Of a stretch of DNA of 64,000 nt, positions 24,831 through 37,699 are shown piece by piece. Source of the DNA: Camelus dromedarius (Eukaryota). The position numbers and the translations under genes are program-made. Within the stretch, counting starts at the first letter, position 1; every line of letters starts with the position of its first letter. The stretch spans positions 37,450,001-37,514,000 of the forward strand of contig NC_087437.1 of assembly GCF_036321535.1 (NCBI RefSeq), in the 5' to 3' direction. Under the pieces are notes generated by a model. That model was not told the origin of the DNA, ran no database searches, and worked only from the letters and a program-made list of their open reading frames with translations.

Positions 24831-24868
24831 AAAAAAAAACCAAACCAAACAAACAAACAAACAAAAAC
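24831..24868. repeat. A-rich (AAAC)n repeat
   Basis: AAAAAAAAACCAAACCAAACAAACAAACAAACAAAAAC. Confidence 0.8.
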
Positions 24869-25399
24869 ACAGGGGTAGAATTAACCCTGATGTGGCCTGT
24901 CCTTAGCCTGTTAAACTCTTGGCCAATGACTGCTATACTCATGGTTCTGTCTGCTCGTTTATCATAAAATCAAAACAAGCTGACATTTCAGCAGCTGACA
25001 TTTGTTTTTCTATAGGGAGAATTCAGCTCACAGCAAAAATCAGACACCAAATGCTTCCCTCAGATTGCTCAAATTCTTTTCCTTGGCTGACTCACTGGTA
25101 AGAATACTGTGGAGTACATGCTTATTTATGGTTGATCACTGCTAAGATGCTTATAATGGTGAATTCTCAACTGGAATGAATCAGCCAAAAGAAAGAACAC
25201 ATGCACCTTCAAAGCCCTAGACTTTTCTTCTGTAGTCGCTGGAACTGTACACATACACAAAAGGTAGTAAAATGGGAAATAAAACTGCAGCATTTTTCTC
25301 TGTGTACCAAGTCATTTCCTTGGTGATTTGAAGACAAAGAGCAAGGGATAAGTGGAGTAATAGTTCAGATTTTTTATATAAATATCTTCTTGTTAGAAA

Positions 25400-25800
25400 G
25401 TGGGAGGAAAATAATATATGATAGTAAGAAATCTAAAATAATTTGCAAAAAATAACATACACAAGATATATACAAAGAATGTTACTAAAGAACCTGAAAG
25501 AAAACTTGAACAAAAGGAAATAGAGCATAAGGCTGAGTAGGAAGACTTAAAGGTAAAAATTTTCATCATTCTGTATGTACTTCACAAAATTAATATAGTT
25601 CCAACCAAAATCTTTATAAGATTTCTTTTGTTATGCTCAACCGGATAAATTTATAATCAGATTAACATGGGGTAACAGATGTTTGAAATAACCAAAAACA
25701 TTGAAAATGAAGAATACATGTATGCCATATATTAAAATTAATTTTAAAACTTCAGTAGTTAAAACAATTAATTTGAGAGCTACGTGTAAGAGTAGATAAA
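25400..25800 (+). mobile_element. Ancient L1 (L1ME/L1M5-like) ORF2 fragment
   Basis: AAAGAAAACTTGAACAAAAGGAAA...AGGAAGACTTAA...TTCCAACCAAAATC...GAAATAACCAAAAACATTGAAAATGAAGAA follows L1 ORF2 3' order. Confidence 0.6.
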
Positions 25801-26228
25801 AAAAGAGACTAGAGCTTCCAAAAGCATGGTGTAGGGATGGAAGCTTTTATGAATGTATGTATTTTTATTATAACTAGCATTCATATCTTACACATCTGAA
25901 ATTATAAGCTTTGGCAGTAAGAATTCTTATCAACTTCCAAATTACACACATGCCCTTTTGACATTCATCTGAAGGAAAACTAAAAGGAAATAGAAGATCT
26001 TACATCACGTGGGTTCACTGATGTCAACATTTGCTGCAGACTTGCAGGGTATGCATGGGAAAGGATGTCAGCCACATATAAAGTCATGTCTCAGCAAGTA
26101 ACACTGATTATGTAAAACTTGAACACTGAATCTTGGGCTTTATGTACTATGAGTTATGTACTACTTACAGGTTTGTGTGACAAATTGTGTAGTGCAATTG
26201 TGATTGAATTAAATAAATACATAATTTG

Positions 26229-26736
26229 CTGGTTTGGGTTGGATTTCTACAGAAACTGATAATTATTTGATAGGACACAATTGATTTGGGAAGTGACTCC
26301 TAGAAGCACTGGTGAGACAGTGGGGAATGAGACACAGAAGAGAAGGAAGCCAATACAAATCACTCATGAGTAGATTCCTCTGTGGGCAACCAAGACTCAA
26401 TCCCACTGGAGACTTATGAGAATGTGAATATAATCTGACTCTGAGTTGTCCCTCTCCAGGACAAGGAATCTGATGTATTTATCCACTAACTCCCATCTGT
26501 GATTTCTGAGGGATGCTCTGCAGGTTATTAACCCCATAGACACCTTTGGAATACTCCATACCGTATATGGACTGAGAATGATTTTGTAAACAGCAAAAGA
26601 TCTTAGGCAAAGAAATGTTTTCTGTAGAAGCCATTGATATGTAAGGAACATGATTTTACACGACATGTGAATGGCAACACATAAAGGATCAGTGTCTGCC
26701 AAATAATATGGGGAGGACACTAACAGTATCCACTAT
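26229..26736 (-). mobile_element. LTR16-family (ERVL) solo LTR
   Basis: TTTGGGAAGTGACTCCTAGAAGCACTGGTGAG...GAAGGAAGCCAATACAA...CTGTGGGCAACC...TATTTATCCACTAACTCCCATC...CACTAACAGTATCCACTA. Confidence 0.8.
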
Positions 26737-27109
26737 CCATACTATATAAGGCTATTTTGTTGATATTTACAATTCAAATAATGCAGTCATATCCAGCCAC
26801 CATCAAAGTGCTCAACAGAATCAACAACATGCCCACCAAGCAGCATCCCTGAGCTTGGGGAAAGAAATTCAACACAAGAAAATTTAGCCTTTACACTTAA
26901 GTGATACTTCAAACAAATGTTAGAAATGGTTCATTGCATTTTAAATGGGTGGTAGCATAATTAGTTCCTAATAATGGATACTTATTTTTCTTGGGGTTCA
27001 AATTCATTTTCCCTCATCTTATAAAATTACTCAAATTTTTTCATGACTTCACTCTCACGCAGCTCAAGGGGTAGTGCATGCAGTTTAAGTAGAGAGGAGA
27101 AACCCACTG

Positions 27110-27480
27110 AGCAACATCTCATGACCCAGTTCCTGTTTGCTTAGGGAATGAGGTTTAGTCCTAACACCATGGAAAACTAACCCCAAGACTTTTGTTCAAA
27201 CTATAGAAACAATCATTTCTGTCTCTTTGGATTTGAAACTGGGATCTGTAAACTTCAGATTCATTAGCCAAGTTGACATGTATCTGAATTTGAAACCAAG
27301 GAAAAACTAAGAGATAAATTTTTTTTAAAGACCAAGTTCTGATGGCATTGTTTGAACCTGAAGAATGTTCACTTGAACTCTAAGATGAAGGTCAGACTGG
27401 GGTCAGAACCACCACCGGATATTTAAGTGATGCAACCCAATAATGTTTCTTACTTTGCCAAATGGTTTAAACTGGTTTTT
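27110..27480 (+). mobile_element. Old MaLR LTR (MLT1K/L-like)
   Basis: CAAGACTTTTGTTCAAACTATAG, TTCTGATGGCATTGTTTGAACC, CCAATAATG...TTTAAACTGGTTTT. Confidence 0.55.
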
Positions 27481-27579
27481 AATTAGGCAGATTAACTATA
27501 TTACTATATTATATATAATATGTTATATATTACATATTACTAAATAGGAGAAAGAGAAATTATCTCCATTCCTTGCAAC

Positions 27580-28700
27580 ATTATTTCTATTTCTTCAATT
27601 TCTAAATTGAAGATAATAAAATAATGGTTTAAATTTAGACCTCTACTAACAATCAAAATAGCTAACAAACAAAACTCCACTGCAAAACAAAACAAAAAGT
27701 TCTAGGAAAAAAATGTGGAAAATATTTCTATAATTAAAATTGTAGAAACCCTTCCTTTGCTTAACCCTAAAGAGAGAAAAATAAGGGGAAAATTACATAT
27801 AAGTTTTTAAACTTCAAAAGATGCTATGAATAAACCTGAAAGAGTTAACATATTTAGGAAAATATTTTAAACAAATAATATGCTAATTTCACCAGAAAAA
27901 AAAAGAGCTCCAAAAATTAAGACAAATTGCCTCAGTAGATATAAAAGTGAGCAATTTATATTAAAAGAAACACAAAGGTAGGTAAAAATATAAATAGATA
28001 TAAACCTAACTAATAACTCAACCAATTGATTTTAAATAAGTAAAATATATTATTTTAACTGATCCGACTTATGAAAATTAACAAAACTTAACACTTAATT
28101 ATTGAAGAATTTGGTGAAAACAGCAATTTCATTTCCAGAGGATATATAGTATGTTATAGTCCTTCTGAAGAATTTAGCAATATATATCAAAATATAAAAT
28201 ATTCATACTCTAATTAATTATTTCTATATTTAAAACTGTCATATAAAAGTACTTGCAATAATTACAAAACGTTTATTTCAGTACTGTTGGTAATAGAAAA
28301 AATATTTAAAGGAAGCAAATGCTCATCATAGGGAATTTTATCATGAATCACATTGTCTTCAATGAAATACTCTTTAATATTTGTAGTCATAAATCTATAA
28401 GTACTTTAAAGTACATTTTTAAAGTAAAATTTACCAAAGAATAGAAAATAGAACACAAAGCCAACACTATGCTTAGTGTGGTATATTTGTAGCAGAAAAT
28501 ATGTGCCTATTGAATGTAAATTTAAAAATATAGACAAAGACACATAACAATGGTTATAAAATATCCAGGAATATACTATAAAATAAGTAATTATGATTAT
28601 TTTGCAAGTTATGAAATTATATAATACTTTTATCTTGGAGGTAAGAATTATTATGATTTTTAAAATTGTAACAAGCATGCATAATTTCTAATAATTAGAA
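27580..28700 (+). mobile_element. Ancient L1ME-like 3' fragments
   Basis: Highly A-rich, with degraded L1 3' motifs (AATTTAGCAATATATATCAAAAT, AAATATTCATACTCT, GTTTATTTCAGTACTGTTGGTAATAG). Confidence 0.55.
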
Positions 28701-28869
28701 ATAAATTACTTAGCTAACTAGAAGTGAACTAAAGGGAATTTGAGCCCATTATTCTATGCCAAATGCTGTAACAAATAGACAACTGTTTCCTTTTCACAAA
28801 CAGAACAGGACCCTTGATGTTATACCTGAAGATTCTTAATGCAACTAGTTATATAGTGACTGATTGCCA

Positions 28870-28995
28870 TTCTCCCAAATTATAAGCTCCTCGAGAGCAG
28901 AGATCATATTAATATACATAGAGCTTAAGCATCAAGACAAGTATTTGATTCATACAGGCAGTAAATAATCCTATTATGAATTACTTGAATGAAAT
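28870..28995 (+). mobile_element. L2 3' end
   Basis: TATAAGCTCCTCGAGAGCAGAGATCAT...TTGAATGAA. Confidence 0.65.
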
Positions 28996-29129
28996 GTAAT
29001 TTGGAATATTTGATAAGTATTTAATAATTATATATGATATTTATTTAATCAAATAAGTTACAGACACAATATTAAAGGATTAGCAGCATTAAAGACTTAC
29101 AAGATAAACAAGAATCTCCTACTCTTATT

Positions 29130-29750
29130 TGCAGTCTTGTTCTTAAAAGCAAGTATGCTACTTTGATTATGTTCTTTTTGTATTTATCTCTATTTTTAAA
29201 TAATATATTTCACAAAATGTCTTTATCAATTAAAAATACATATATTATTTTTCAGTCAATGAAGATTTAGTTCGCACTAATGCTATATTCTCTCATATTA
29301 TCTTCCCAGTGTGTGCGTGGGATGTGAGGGAGAGTGTGTATATGTGTGTGTACCTGTTCCCACTGATGGGACTAGTGGGAATAACACAGACAATCTGTGG
29401 AATTCGTAAGGCATTACTCCATTGTCTTTCAGGAGTTGAGATTGAAGATATCATTGTGATTTCTTTTAATGTGATCTTTTCTTTTAGTAAGTGTTTATTA
29501 CATTTTTTCTTTTTGGTGTTTATTGTATGTATTTCTGAAATAGTTTCAGTTTCCTTATTTCAAATATTTTTCACATTTTATGATATCGTGCTTTAGTTCC
29601 ATGACTCCTTGCTTTCACCTTTCTACCTTTCTTTCATTTTTTCAGGGTTTGGATAAATGGGTAGGTGCTTAAAATATAAGAATATTTTTAATTCTGGAAA
29701 TTTAAAAAATGATTTCCTTTTTCATATTTCCCTTCTATTTACTCTTTTCC
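29130..29750 (-). mobile_element. Ancient L1 fragments, antisense
   Basis: T-rich, with AAGGCATTACTCCATTGTCTTT resembling antisense L1 ORF1. Confidence 0.4.
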
Positions 29751-30894
29751 CTAAGTGCTCTTGTATTCGATTGGTGAATGGAGTCCACAGAGCATGGAGC
29801 TTGGAAGGGCTTCCTCAGATACCAGCTTTACAGCAGACTGTGATGAATTCACAGTTGGCAAGGGTTCCAACCCTGACGAATGCCTACACACACAGCTCAG
29901 ATGGACCGCCTGGGCAGCAGCCACCTTTGGTCTCCGCAAAGCTGACTCACGCAGGTCCTTCACACAGTCCACAGACGCAGAACCGCCAGTGCCTGGCCAG
30001 CCTGATACTTAGCTCACACTGAGCTCTGACTCTGGCTGCCTTATGGACCCACAGCTCAATCACCCTTCCTTTCTTTTCTCTTCTATGTCTATCTTATGTG
30101 CAGGAGTACAAAAGCCTCTTGTTGCTCCCTCTTTTTCTCACAATAGAAGTTGATTTCTCATCAGAAAAACATGGCCCAGAACTTGTAAGGATAAAAGCCT
30201 CTTTAGCTTCCTCAACCTCTAATACGACAGAGGAATGCTTTGCTTTCACTGTTAAACCCAAGTTTAAAATGTCCATTTCTGTCTACTTTAGTCTCAGGAA
30301 ACAAGTCAGGGAGCACTGCTGGGGTTTTTTCCTTCTATTTCAAATGTTCATTTGAGTGAACAAGAGCATGTATGCTTGAATGGGAAAACTCTGAAACAGG
30401 AAACCACGGCATAACGTCCCAAAATACTGGCACAGAAAAACAATACATGAATCAAAGCTGTTAGTACTTATGTGGAAAAAAGGCATTAAAGTATACAAGA
30501 ATCTATAGCTCAGTAAACACAAAGCAGCCCACAAATCTCTGCAAATGTTTGAAAATACTCTGAAAATACTACACGACTGGGACATCTTCCTTATTATATG
30601 CTACTTGAAATATATATCCATGTAAAGCAATAACCACAAAAACAGCAAAGATCTTCTTTATTAACTACCACTGTATTTAAATTAAATCTAACACATTCAC
30701 CATCATCTCTAAAAATGCACATATTATGAAGATAGGTCTTATGCTCATTTTTGAATTGACAACTCAATGCACTTTTCTTTAAAATGCCTCCTTAAAGACA
30801 CAACCAGCTGTTTATTTTGAAGTTGAGTAGTATCTGCGGTCATAGCCCCATTGTCAAATAAGTGCGTTTGGTGCTAAAAAGCAGGCAAAATAAA

Positions 30895-31225
30895 TTATTC
30901 ATTCATAAGCCCATTCATTTATTAAATATTCACTAAGCATTTATTTTTGTTAGGCATTGTCTTAACCAAATTGATTTCTGCTCTTATGGAAGCTTCATTT
31001 TCAGTGTAGAAACTTATAAATTATAATTATATATAATATTTTAATTATATATAATCTATGTACATACATACATAAATGTTAACATGTACATATCTATGAA
31101 CACGCATATATGAGAATTTAAGTGTAAAGTTATGAAGAAATGATAACATGGTTCTAAATCTATAAAAAGGAATGCAAATTGATGACATTTGTGCTAAAAT
31201 CTGAACTGTAGGTTGGTGCTACTTA
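30895..31225 (-). mobile_element. L2 3' end
   Basis: ATTCATTTATTAAATATTCACTAAGCATTTA...TCTGCTCTTATGGAAGCTT...GATGACATTTGTGCTAAAATCTGAA. Confidence 0.7.
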
Positions 31226-31227
31226 GG

Positions 31228-32410
31228 TTAGGGATCTGTAAACATTTGCTTAATTCCTGCATGAGAGTAGCAGTAAAATAACTTTCTGATCCAGATTCTC
31301 TGGCATTCCAAAGTGGAAATTACTAAAAGAGCTCTTACCTCTGTCTGAGTATCAGCTTTTGAAGAGGAAAAGACCTCAGACTATCCGGACATCATATACA
31401 TCAAAATGAGACAGTATCTCTTATCTTTACAAGCATTAGTTCAGTGAAATCCATCTGCTACCAGATTTCTGGTAAAGTTACCAGAAATTTGCTTACCTTA
31501 AGAGTGGCCTGTAAAAATTCTGTTAACAAATCAGAAGTCTTTTTAAAATACGTTTGAAACATTTTTTTTCTTTCTAGTAGGCACAGGGTCTTTAAAATTC
31601 TTTTATTGAGATGATTTTTTTTTAATGACATAACACTACTAATCGAGCAAACAGGAACTGTAGTGTAGGAATAATTTTGTCAGGTAATTTCCACAGTCCT
31701 ATCAAATCTCTTTTAGTTCCTTTTACAATACATTTGCCTAGTTTCTTTTATAAGACATATTTTTGAAAATGAACAAAATTTTCTTAATGTGTTAAAGGCA
31801 GAGTTACTAAGTTTAAAGGCTGCCATGTTTTAATAGCAGCTTTTGCAGCTCTATCAGCAAAATTATTGCCTTTGAAAGCTTTGTCCTTCTGCCCTATGTG
31901 AGCTCTACAGTGAATTACTGATATCTGAACAGGCAGTTGTAAAGGTTCTGACAAAGCTGCTATAAATTTTTCATGATATATTTCAGTTCTCACTTAAAGT
32001 AGAAAATCCTCTATTTAAAAAAAAATTCTCTATTGTATGACAGACACCAAAGATATATTAGATAAATAAATAGATAGATTCATATTAAATCCAGAGTCAA
32101 GAATTGCAGCTGTAATAACTACTATTTACTCTTCTGCCCAAACAGACTTAATTCCAGACAAAACTTAAGCTTTCCAGGTTTTATGATGTCACCTCAAGGT
32201 AGGAAGCCTTAAGTGGGCCACTTTGATCCCAGGAACATGACCTATCAATAAGCATTATCAAATATGCAAAATGAATAGGCATATCAGATAAACCAGGCCA
32301 GGTGTTTCAAAATTTGGGATCTCTAAAGGTGAAGGAGAGGCTATTGCTAATTTCAGTTGGTCAAAAACCTTTTCAGATCTAGGGCCCACACCAGAGGATC
32401 TAGAGAAGTG
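31228..32410 (-). pseudogene. pol: ERV1 pol relic: RT connection, RNase H, integrase core
   Basis: EKVFDQLKLAIASPSPLEIPNFETP (32300-32374); MLIDRSC (degenerate FVDGS); YIFGVCH; ORF 31784-31993 VIHCRAH...KGNNFADRAAKAA (RNase H C-terminus); QMDFTEL (31437-31457); HFGMPE...FTATLMQELSKCLQIP (integrase). Many stops and frameshifts. Confidence 0.9.
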
Positions 32411-33410
32411 AAAACATACTTGGGAGTACTTCTGCAGAAGGACAAGAAGGTTTTAAATGAGCTTTCTCTTGGTGAGAAAGGCATGTGGATAATTCAGGAG
32501 CCCTAGACAGCTTCTCAATGGCATCAGCTTTGCTGGCCATCAAAATACGAAGGGCGAGTTTTCCATGTATTGAGACAAGAAAAATGTAAGTTATGTGGCA
32601 CTTCGGTTTTCTTTCCCTAGCTGATATTCACCAGGTTAACAGCTTGTTTATTTGCCTTTTCCAAGCAGTTAGTTCAGCTACTCTTCATCTTGTTGCCTAC
32701 ATATGAGGGCACAGTCTTTTACAGAAGTTCTCAATTATTTCCTGATCAGGTTCCTTGATCATGTCTGCTTTCCTAGCCACATGGTGTATGGATAATATGG
32801 GACTATTAAGGGTGGAAGCTGAAATAAAACATGAAGAGGACTCAGAGGTAGGCCACCAGACACGCAAACCTGTGTCCTCAAACACAGCAGATAATTTATT
32901 AACAGCTAAAGGAATTGTGCTCTCATTCATCTTTACAAATAAACTGATGTTAATTTATCCAAATTAAAAGGACTGTCCTTAGGCAACTGCAGAACTGGTT
33001 TCTCACATACCCATTCCAAACATAACAGAAAGATATTAGCATTTTAAAAGGAAGACCTTCAGGCAAGATTCCTGGCTTCCCGGGTTTTCCAACCAGATGA
33101 AGATCCTAATGGGATTTCAGAGCCTGTATTATCCTGCTTTTTCAATAGTAAAAACTTGAATTTGGAGAGGGTGGTTCTTCTGGCTAGTATTCCAAAAAAA
33201 TGGAGAGATAAAAGGGAGGCTTTTTACAATTCGGGGTTTCTTACCTGACTACAGCATGGGCACAGACCATCGGGCAGCCTGCTCAATTAAGAAACTAGCA
33301 ACATCTTGTCCTCTTCAACCAGAATTGGGGCAGTATAACACAAATCCACTCAAGCATTGAGTTTTATTTATATAAATGCTTAAGTACCCGGTACCTTACT
33401 GAGAGTCTGA
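31228..33410 (-). mobile_element. Heavily deleted class I endogenous retrovirus (LTR remnant, leader, gag, pol relics)
   Basis: On the minus strand: LTR 3' end with AATAAA (33363-33368) ending ...GCCCCA at 33326, then ATTCTGG; donor-like CAG|GTAAGA at ~33244; gag-like QLPKDSPFNLDKL at ~32955-32995; pol relics follow in retroviral order. Confidence 0.8.
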
Positions 33411-34459
33411 GATTTTTCTATGAGCAATTTTAATCTAAGACCTTATTTGTTACAAACATTTCCTTATTTTAATTCACAGTTTTTGCTTTTGGTGCTTCTT
33501 GTAAAATATCCCTTCATATTTTCTCTTCTCATGAAAAGCTTTCAGTAACTACAAGTATATACTTAAATAGCAATTATGTTTTATTCATTTCCTTGAGATA
33601 CTCAAGTTAAATATAATTATAATTTGTAATCATATTTCCTCCTCTTTGTGATTATTATATACCCTCGGGACTTGCTGATCTGTCCTAGTCCTTCTGGCAT
33701 TATTGGATGCCTCATCATATATTAAATAATACAAATCTCATCAATGTATATTAGCATGATGTTACAATATCTGATACTATGAAGCACAAGACATTTCTTA
33801 GTGGTTATTTTTAATAGCAGACATGAGTGTAATTTAATTATGTGATTGCACATCACTAACAAAAGTCTACTTGATAAAATATGATGCATAAATTTATCTG
33901 TAATATTAAATATTATTAGACCTAAGCTGCAATATGTGTGCACCATCTTTGGTGAATATATATTTGAAAGAACTGAATTTCAGAAAGAAATACAATTATT
34001 AATGAATTCATTAGGTGGAAGACATTATACCAAAATTCTAAATTACTTGCTAAAATCTGCAAAACCCATTGCAACTGCTGTTTTTACTTTCAATTTACAA
34101 TTAATATATATAGTAATTACAGGAAATTCCAGTGCGTACGAGGCATCACATCCTTATTATTGAATGTATTTCTTCACTGCTGTATCTTTGACCAGCTGTT
34201 ATATAAGCATCTGCAAGTATCAGAAGGTATTCCATCTGTACTTATGTGAAAAGGGGTTTCCTTTTGTTGTCAGTAGATCACTCTTGGTGCTTTTGCTGTA
34301 CCCCTCTGATTTACAATAATCTGATCTGTGTTAATCTGATATACAATAAACATGTTAAAATGCTTGTGGAAAAATCACTATACACACATACACACACACT
34401 AATGCAGCAGAGAAAGACAAAAATAATTGATGAATAGTATTTTAAGAACTATATAACTA

Positions 34460-34600
34460 ATGTGAGTGATTAGTTCAGTGCATGTGTTATGTCTATACTA
34501 CATGACATGCCATGCTGGATAGGGGGAATATAAAGGTGATTACTGGTAGCCTTTCTCCTTTCAAGGATCTAGAGTTTAATGGGGACATAAACAATTTTCC
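34460..34600 (-). mobile_element. L2 fragment
   Basis: TGCCATGCTGGATAGGGGGAATATAAAGGTGA...CCTTTCAAGGATCTAGAGTTTAATGGGG. Confidence 0.5.
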
Positions 34601-34879
34601 ATAAGGAAACTATGAAATATCATGAAACTGAACTCAGTAAAAAAAAAAAAAAGGTTACTTTTGCTGTTGTTCTTATTTTTGTTAGAATTTGGAAGCTTCT
34701 ATATATCTCTCTTGTATTCTGCCAATTTAAAGAGAGAGAGACATTACTCGGTACAAATTAGGCATAATGAACTGGGGCAAAGAAATGTAGAATCACCTGA
34801 AGGAGTTCAAACACCTCCCAAGGTAAACACAATGTCACTGAACTTTTAATTTGTCTCTAGGAAGAATGAATTTATAAAA

Positions 34880-35480
34880 GGGTAGAAGGAGTGGTCTATG
34901 ATGCAACCAGGGCTGCAAAAGTTCCATAAAAAGCAAACATCTCAGCATTATCAGGGAAAAGAGGACATCCTAGCCAAATAGTAAAAGAATCCACTAAAAT
35001 GCTCTGATTATTTTTAATGTGGAATTTAATACTTCAGGCAATTTTTGACTGATTCCATCACAAATTTAATTTATTTAATCTGTTCTGATTCCAAGATTAC
35101 CAATCTGAGCATGTTCCTAATAAAATAAAATCTGAACTAGTAATGAGAACTTCACCAAGAGAATGTGGCTTCATCCCTTATGGGACTAAGTATCATCCTG
35201 GCTATCACTTTATCAAACACTTGGGTGGAGGCAAAAAATTCCTAAACTCTCAGAAATAGACTAAATAATTTATGTTGAGTGATAACATCACTTTATTTCA
35301 CTTACTGTCTCATCCCAGACTTTGAGAAAATGATATGAACTGGAAGGTTACACAAGAACGGTCAGACAATGCAGACATTCACATGACAGATGGACATAAA
35401 ACTATGAGAAGATAATCTGGACCAGACTAGGGGTGACATAATACCCTAGTTGTAATACATGTGCAAAACTCTTACTGTTT
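34880..35480 (+). mobile_element. Ancient CR1/L3 fragments
   Basis: GGCTGCAAAAG...AAAAAGCAAAC and CAGACTTTGAGAAAATGATATGAACTGGAAGGTTACACAAGAACGG...CTAGGGTGACATAATA follow the L3 3' region order. Confidence 0.4.
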
Positions 35481-36099
35481 TGTTTATGATATTCCATATA
35501 AAAAAGGAAAAAGGGCTTTTCTGGGAGAGTGAGGTCATCAATTCTGAAATAAAACAGAGTTCCTAGCTTTGGTTATGACTCTGCACGTAGCTATCATCTC
35601 ACTAAATGCACACTGCTAATTCTCAAAACTGGGAAGTCTCAAATACTGAGTGTTTAGGGGTAACAAGTTGTATTTGTTGACTTTATTCCCTTAAAATGAG
35701 TTATCACTACCCACATGCATTATTATTGCTATTTATATATCACGTAGGTCACCCAGTCTGCAATGCTTCTAGAAAAATCACTGTACACATATACACACAC
35801 ACTAATATAGCAATGAAAGACATCTATACTTTTGCTTTAAGTCATCTATACTTTTGTTTAAACCTCCATCAATATAATTCACCAGTCTACAGTACTACCA
35901 TTGCTTCATTTGTACTTGTCATGTGCAGATTCTGACCTAATATTTATCTGCTGGACTTTTCTAGGTTCCCTGCTTAAAATTTCCCCTATGCTCTACAACC
36001 TTTGGAAAGTAAATGTCACAGAAAAAAAAAAAAAAATAGCTGAGTCATTTATCTACACTCATGATGAGGAAAGCACACCAGGTCTAGGATAAAAATATT

Positions 36100-36270
36100 T
36101 TTGTCCCAACCACTTATTTTGTTACTTAGAAGCTATAGGTACTGGCAACAATCAAACTCCTGAATTTTAGTCCCTTCTCTAGTAAAATGGGATAAATAAT
36201 AAATTTTTCCAAATAATCTGCCACATTAATGTGCCAACATAAATACAATTCTACTCTTTGCAAATATAAA
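36100..36270 (+). mobile_element. MIR fragment
   Basis: TAGTCCCTTCTCTAGTAAAATGGGATAAATAAT core. Confidence 0.5.
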
Positions 36271-36884
36271 TGGCCTTGCTCAATCACAGGAATCAAATCA
36301 GTCAGTGGTAAATTGACACCAAGCCACTTAAAAAACTAATAAAAAATTGCATCATCAGGAAGTTTTTCTCTACTTTTGGTTTTTTGTCATAATGCAGGAA
36401 GTGCTTCTATATAATTGACTTAATTTTTTATAAATCAAGGTAATTTATAATTTAAGGTAATCTTTTATAAATCAAGATATTTGCTTATTTATATTCCATC
36501 TACTTCCAGAAAACAAATGAGTGAATGTACCATGAAAATATAATACAATAAGATTAGATACTGTTAATAAAACATAAGGCCAATTTGTGAAGGGAGTGAA
36601 AAGGAACTATATTGGAACATTTTGATAGCAGAATTATGCAACAAATTAACCAAGCACGAATTACCTCTGAGTTGTATAGCAGTGGGACGTTACCATGTCT
36701 TTGGGCTCTATATTTTAAATGTTTATGAATGGCAATTAAATCAAAATTTCAAAATCTCACCGCATGTTAATTCTTTGTATTTAACTCCCTGAGATTTCAG
36801 TTCCATGGAGTAAGATGTTTGGTGCACGGACAGAGGCACTTGTTGGGGAAGGTTCCGGTAGTTTGCACAAGTAAAGGCTCAGGA

Positions 36885-37110
36885 GAGACTAGTGAGCAGG
36901 GGAGAAGGCCTGGGCTGTGCAGCCAGACTGCTGGGCTGGGTGTCAGTTCTGCCCCTCATCACCTCTACAACCTCGGAAAGCTATTTATAATCTCCATGCC
37001 TGTGTGTTGTTACTTGAAAAGATCCCCAGGAAGCCTACCTCGTAGTGTTTTTCTGAAGACTAAATGAGTCAATACATGTCAAGTACTTAGAGCAGCGCCT
37101 GCTCAATTTC
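36885..37110 (+). mobile_element. MIR SINE, near full length
   Basis: GGGCTGTGCAGCCAGACTGCTGGG head, CCTACCTCGTAGTG...AAGACTAAATGAGTCAATACATGTCAAGTACTTAGAGCAGCGCCTG tail. Confidence 0.85.
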
Positions 37111-37699
37111 AGTATTACCTCTTTTTTTCAAAATGAAGTGATAGTACCATGAGACAGATCTCGTTTAGAAAAGCCCTCGACAGAGGTACCTCAGTAAAAC
37201 AAATGTGTACTGGTTGCCCATGCAATGTTCTGAGAAAAAAACCTGTGGGGTCATTTTAAGTCTGGATGCAGGTGAAGCAGGCTAGATATTATGTGTGTTA
37301 GTGATATAGGATGTATGTATCGTCTTGATTACAATTTAGTAAAAAGAAGAGACAATTTTTTTTTACTATACAGAGAGTAAACAGTATGTCTGTGTGTGTG
37401 TGTTTGTGTGTAGAGTAGTGAAAAGGTAGAATGTATAATGTTCCCATGTTCCTCCTACTTCCTGCTCCTGCACATGCAGTTTTTAAACACTGAATGATTA
37501 AGGCCATATCTATGGGAAAATGTACTATGGACCAGTGATTGCCTTATTTGGACATCTGGGCTACAATGACTATTTTTAGCTGTTATCCCAGGAAACCAAA
37601 ATACCAGAGCTGACTTAAAAAACCACATCTTGTACTAGGACCTGAGCCTGCTCTTAGGGGAGCTGTCACAGCAGTAGAAAACAATGTACTGCTCAGGAC

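Noticed and set aside
31784..31993. RNase H ORF as a domesticated gene
   Set aside because: Only the C-terminal half is open. The N-terminal catalytic motif is degenerate and the surrounding pol has many stops and frameshifts.
36421..36480. Repeated TTTATAAATCAAGG units as a CRISPR-like array
   Set aside because: AT-rich degenerate tandem repeat without unique spacers, in mammalian DNA.
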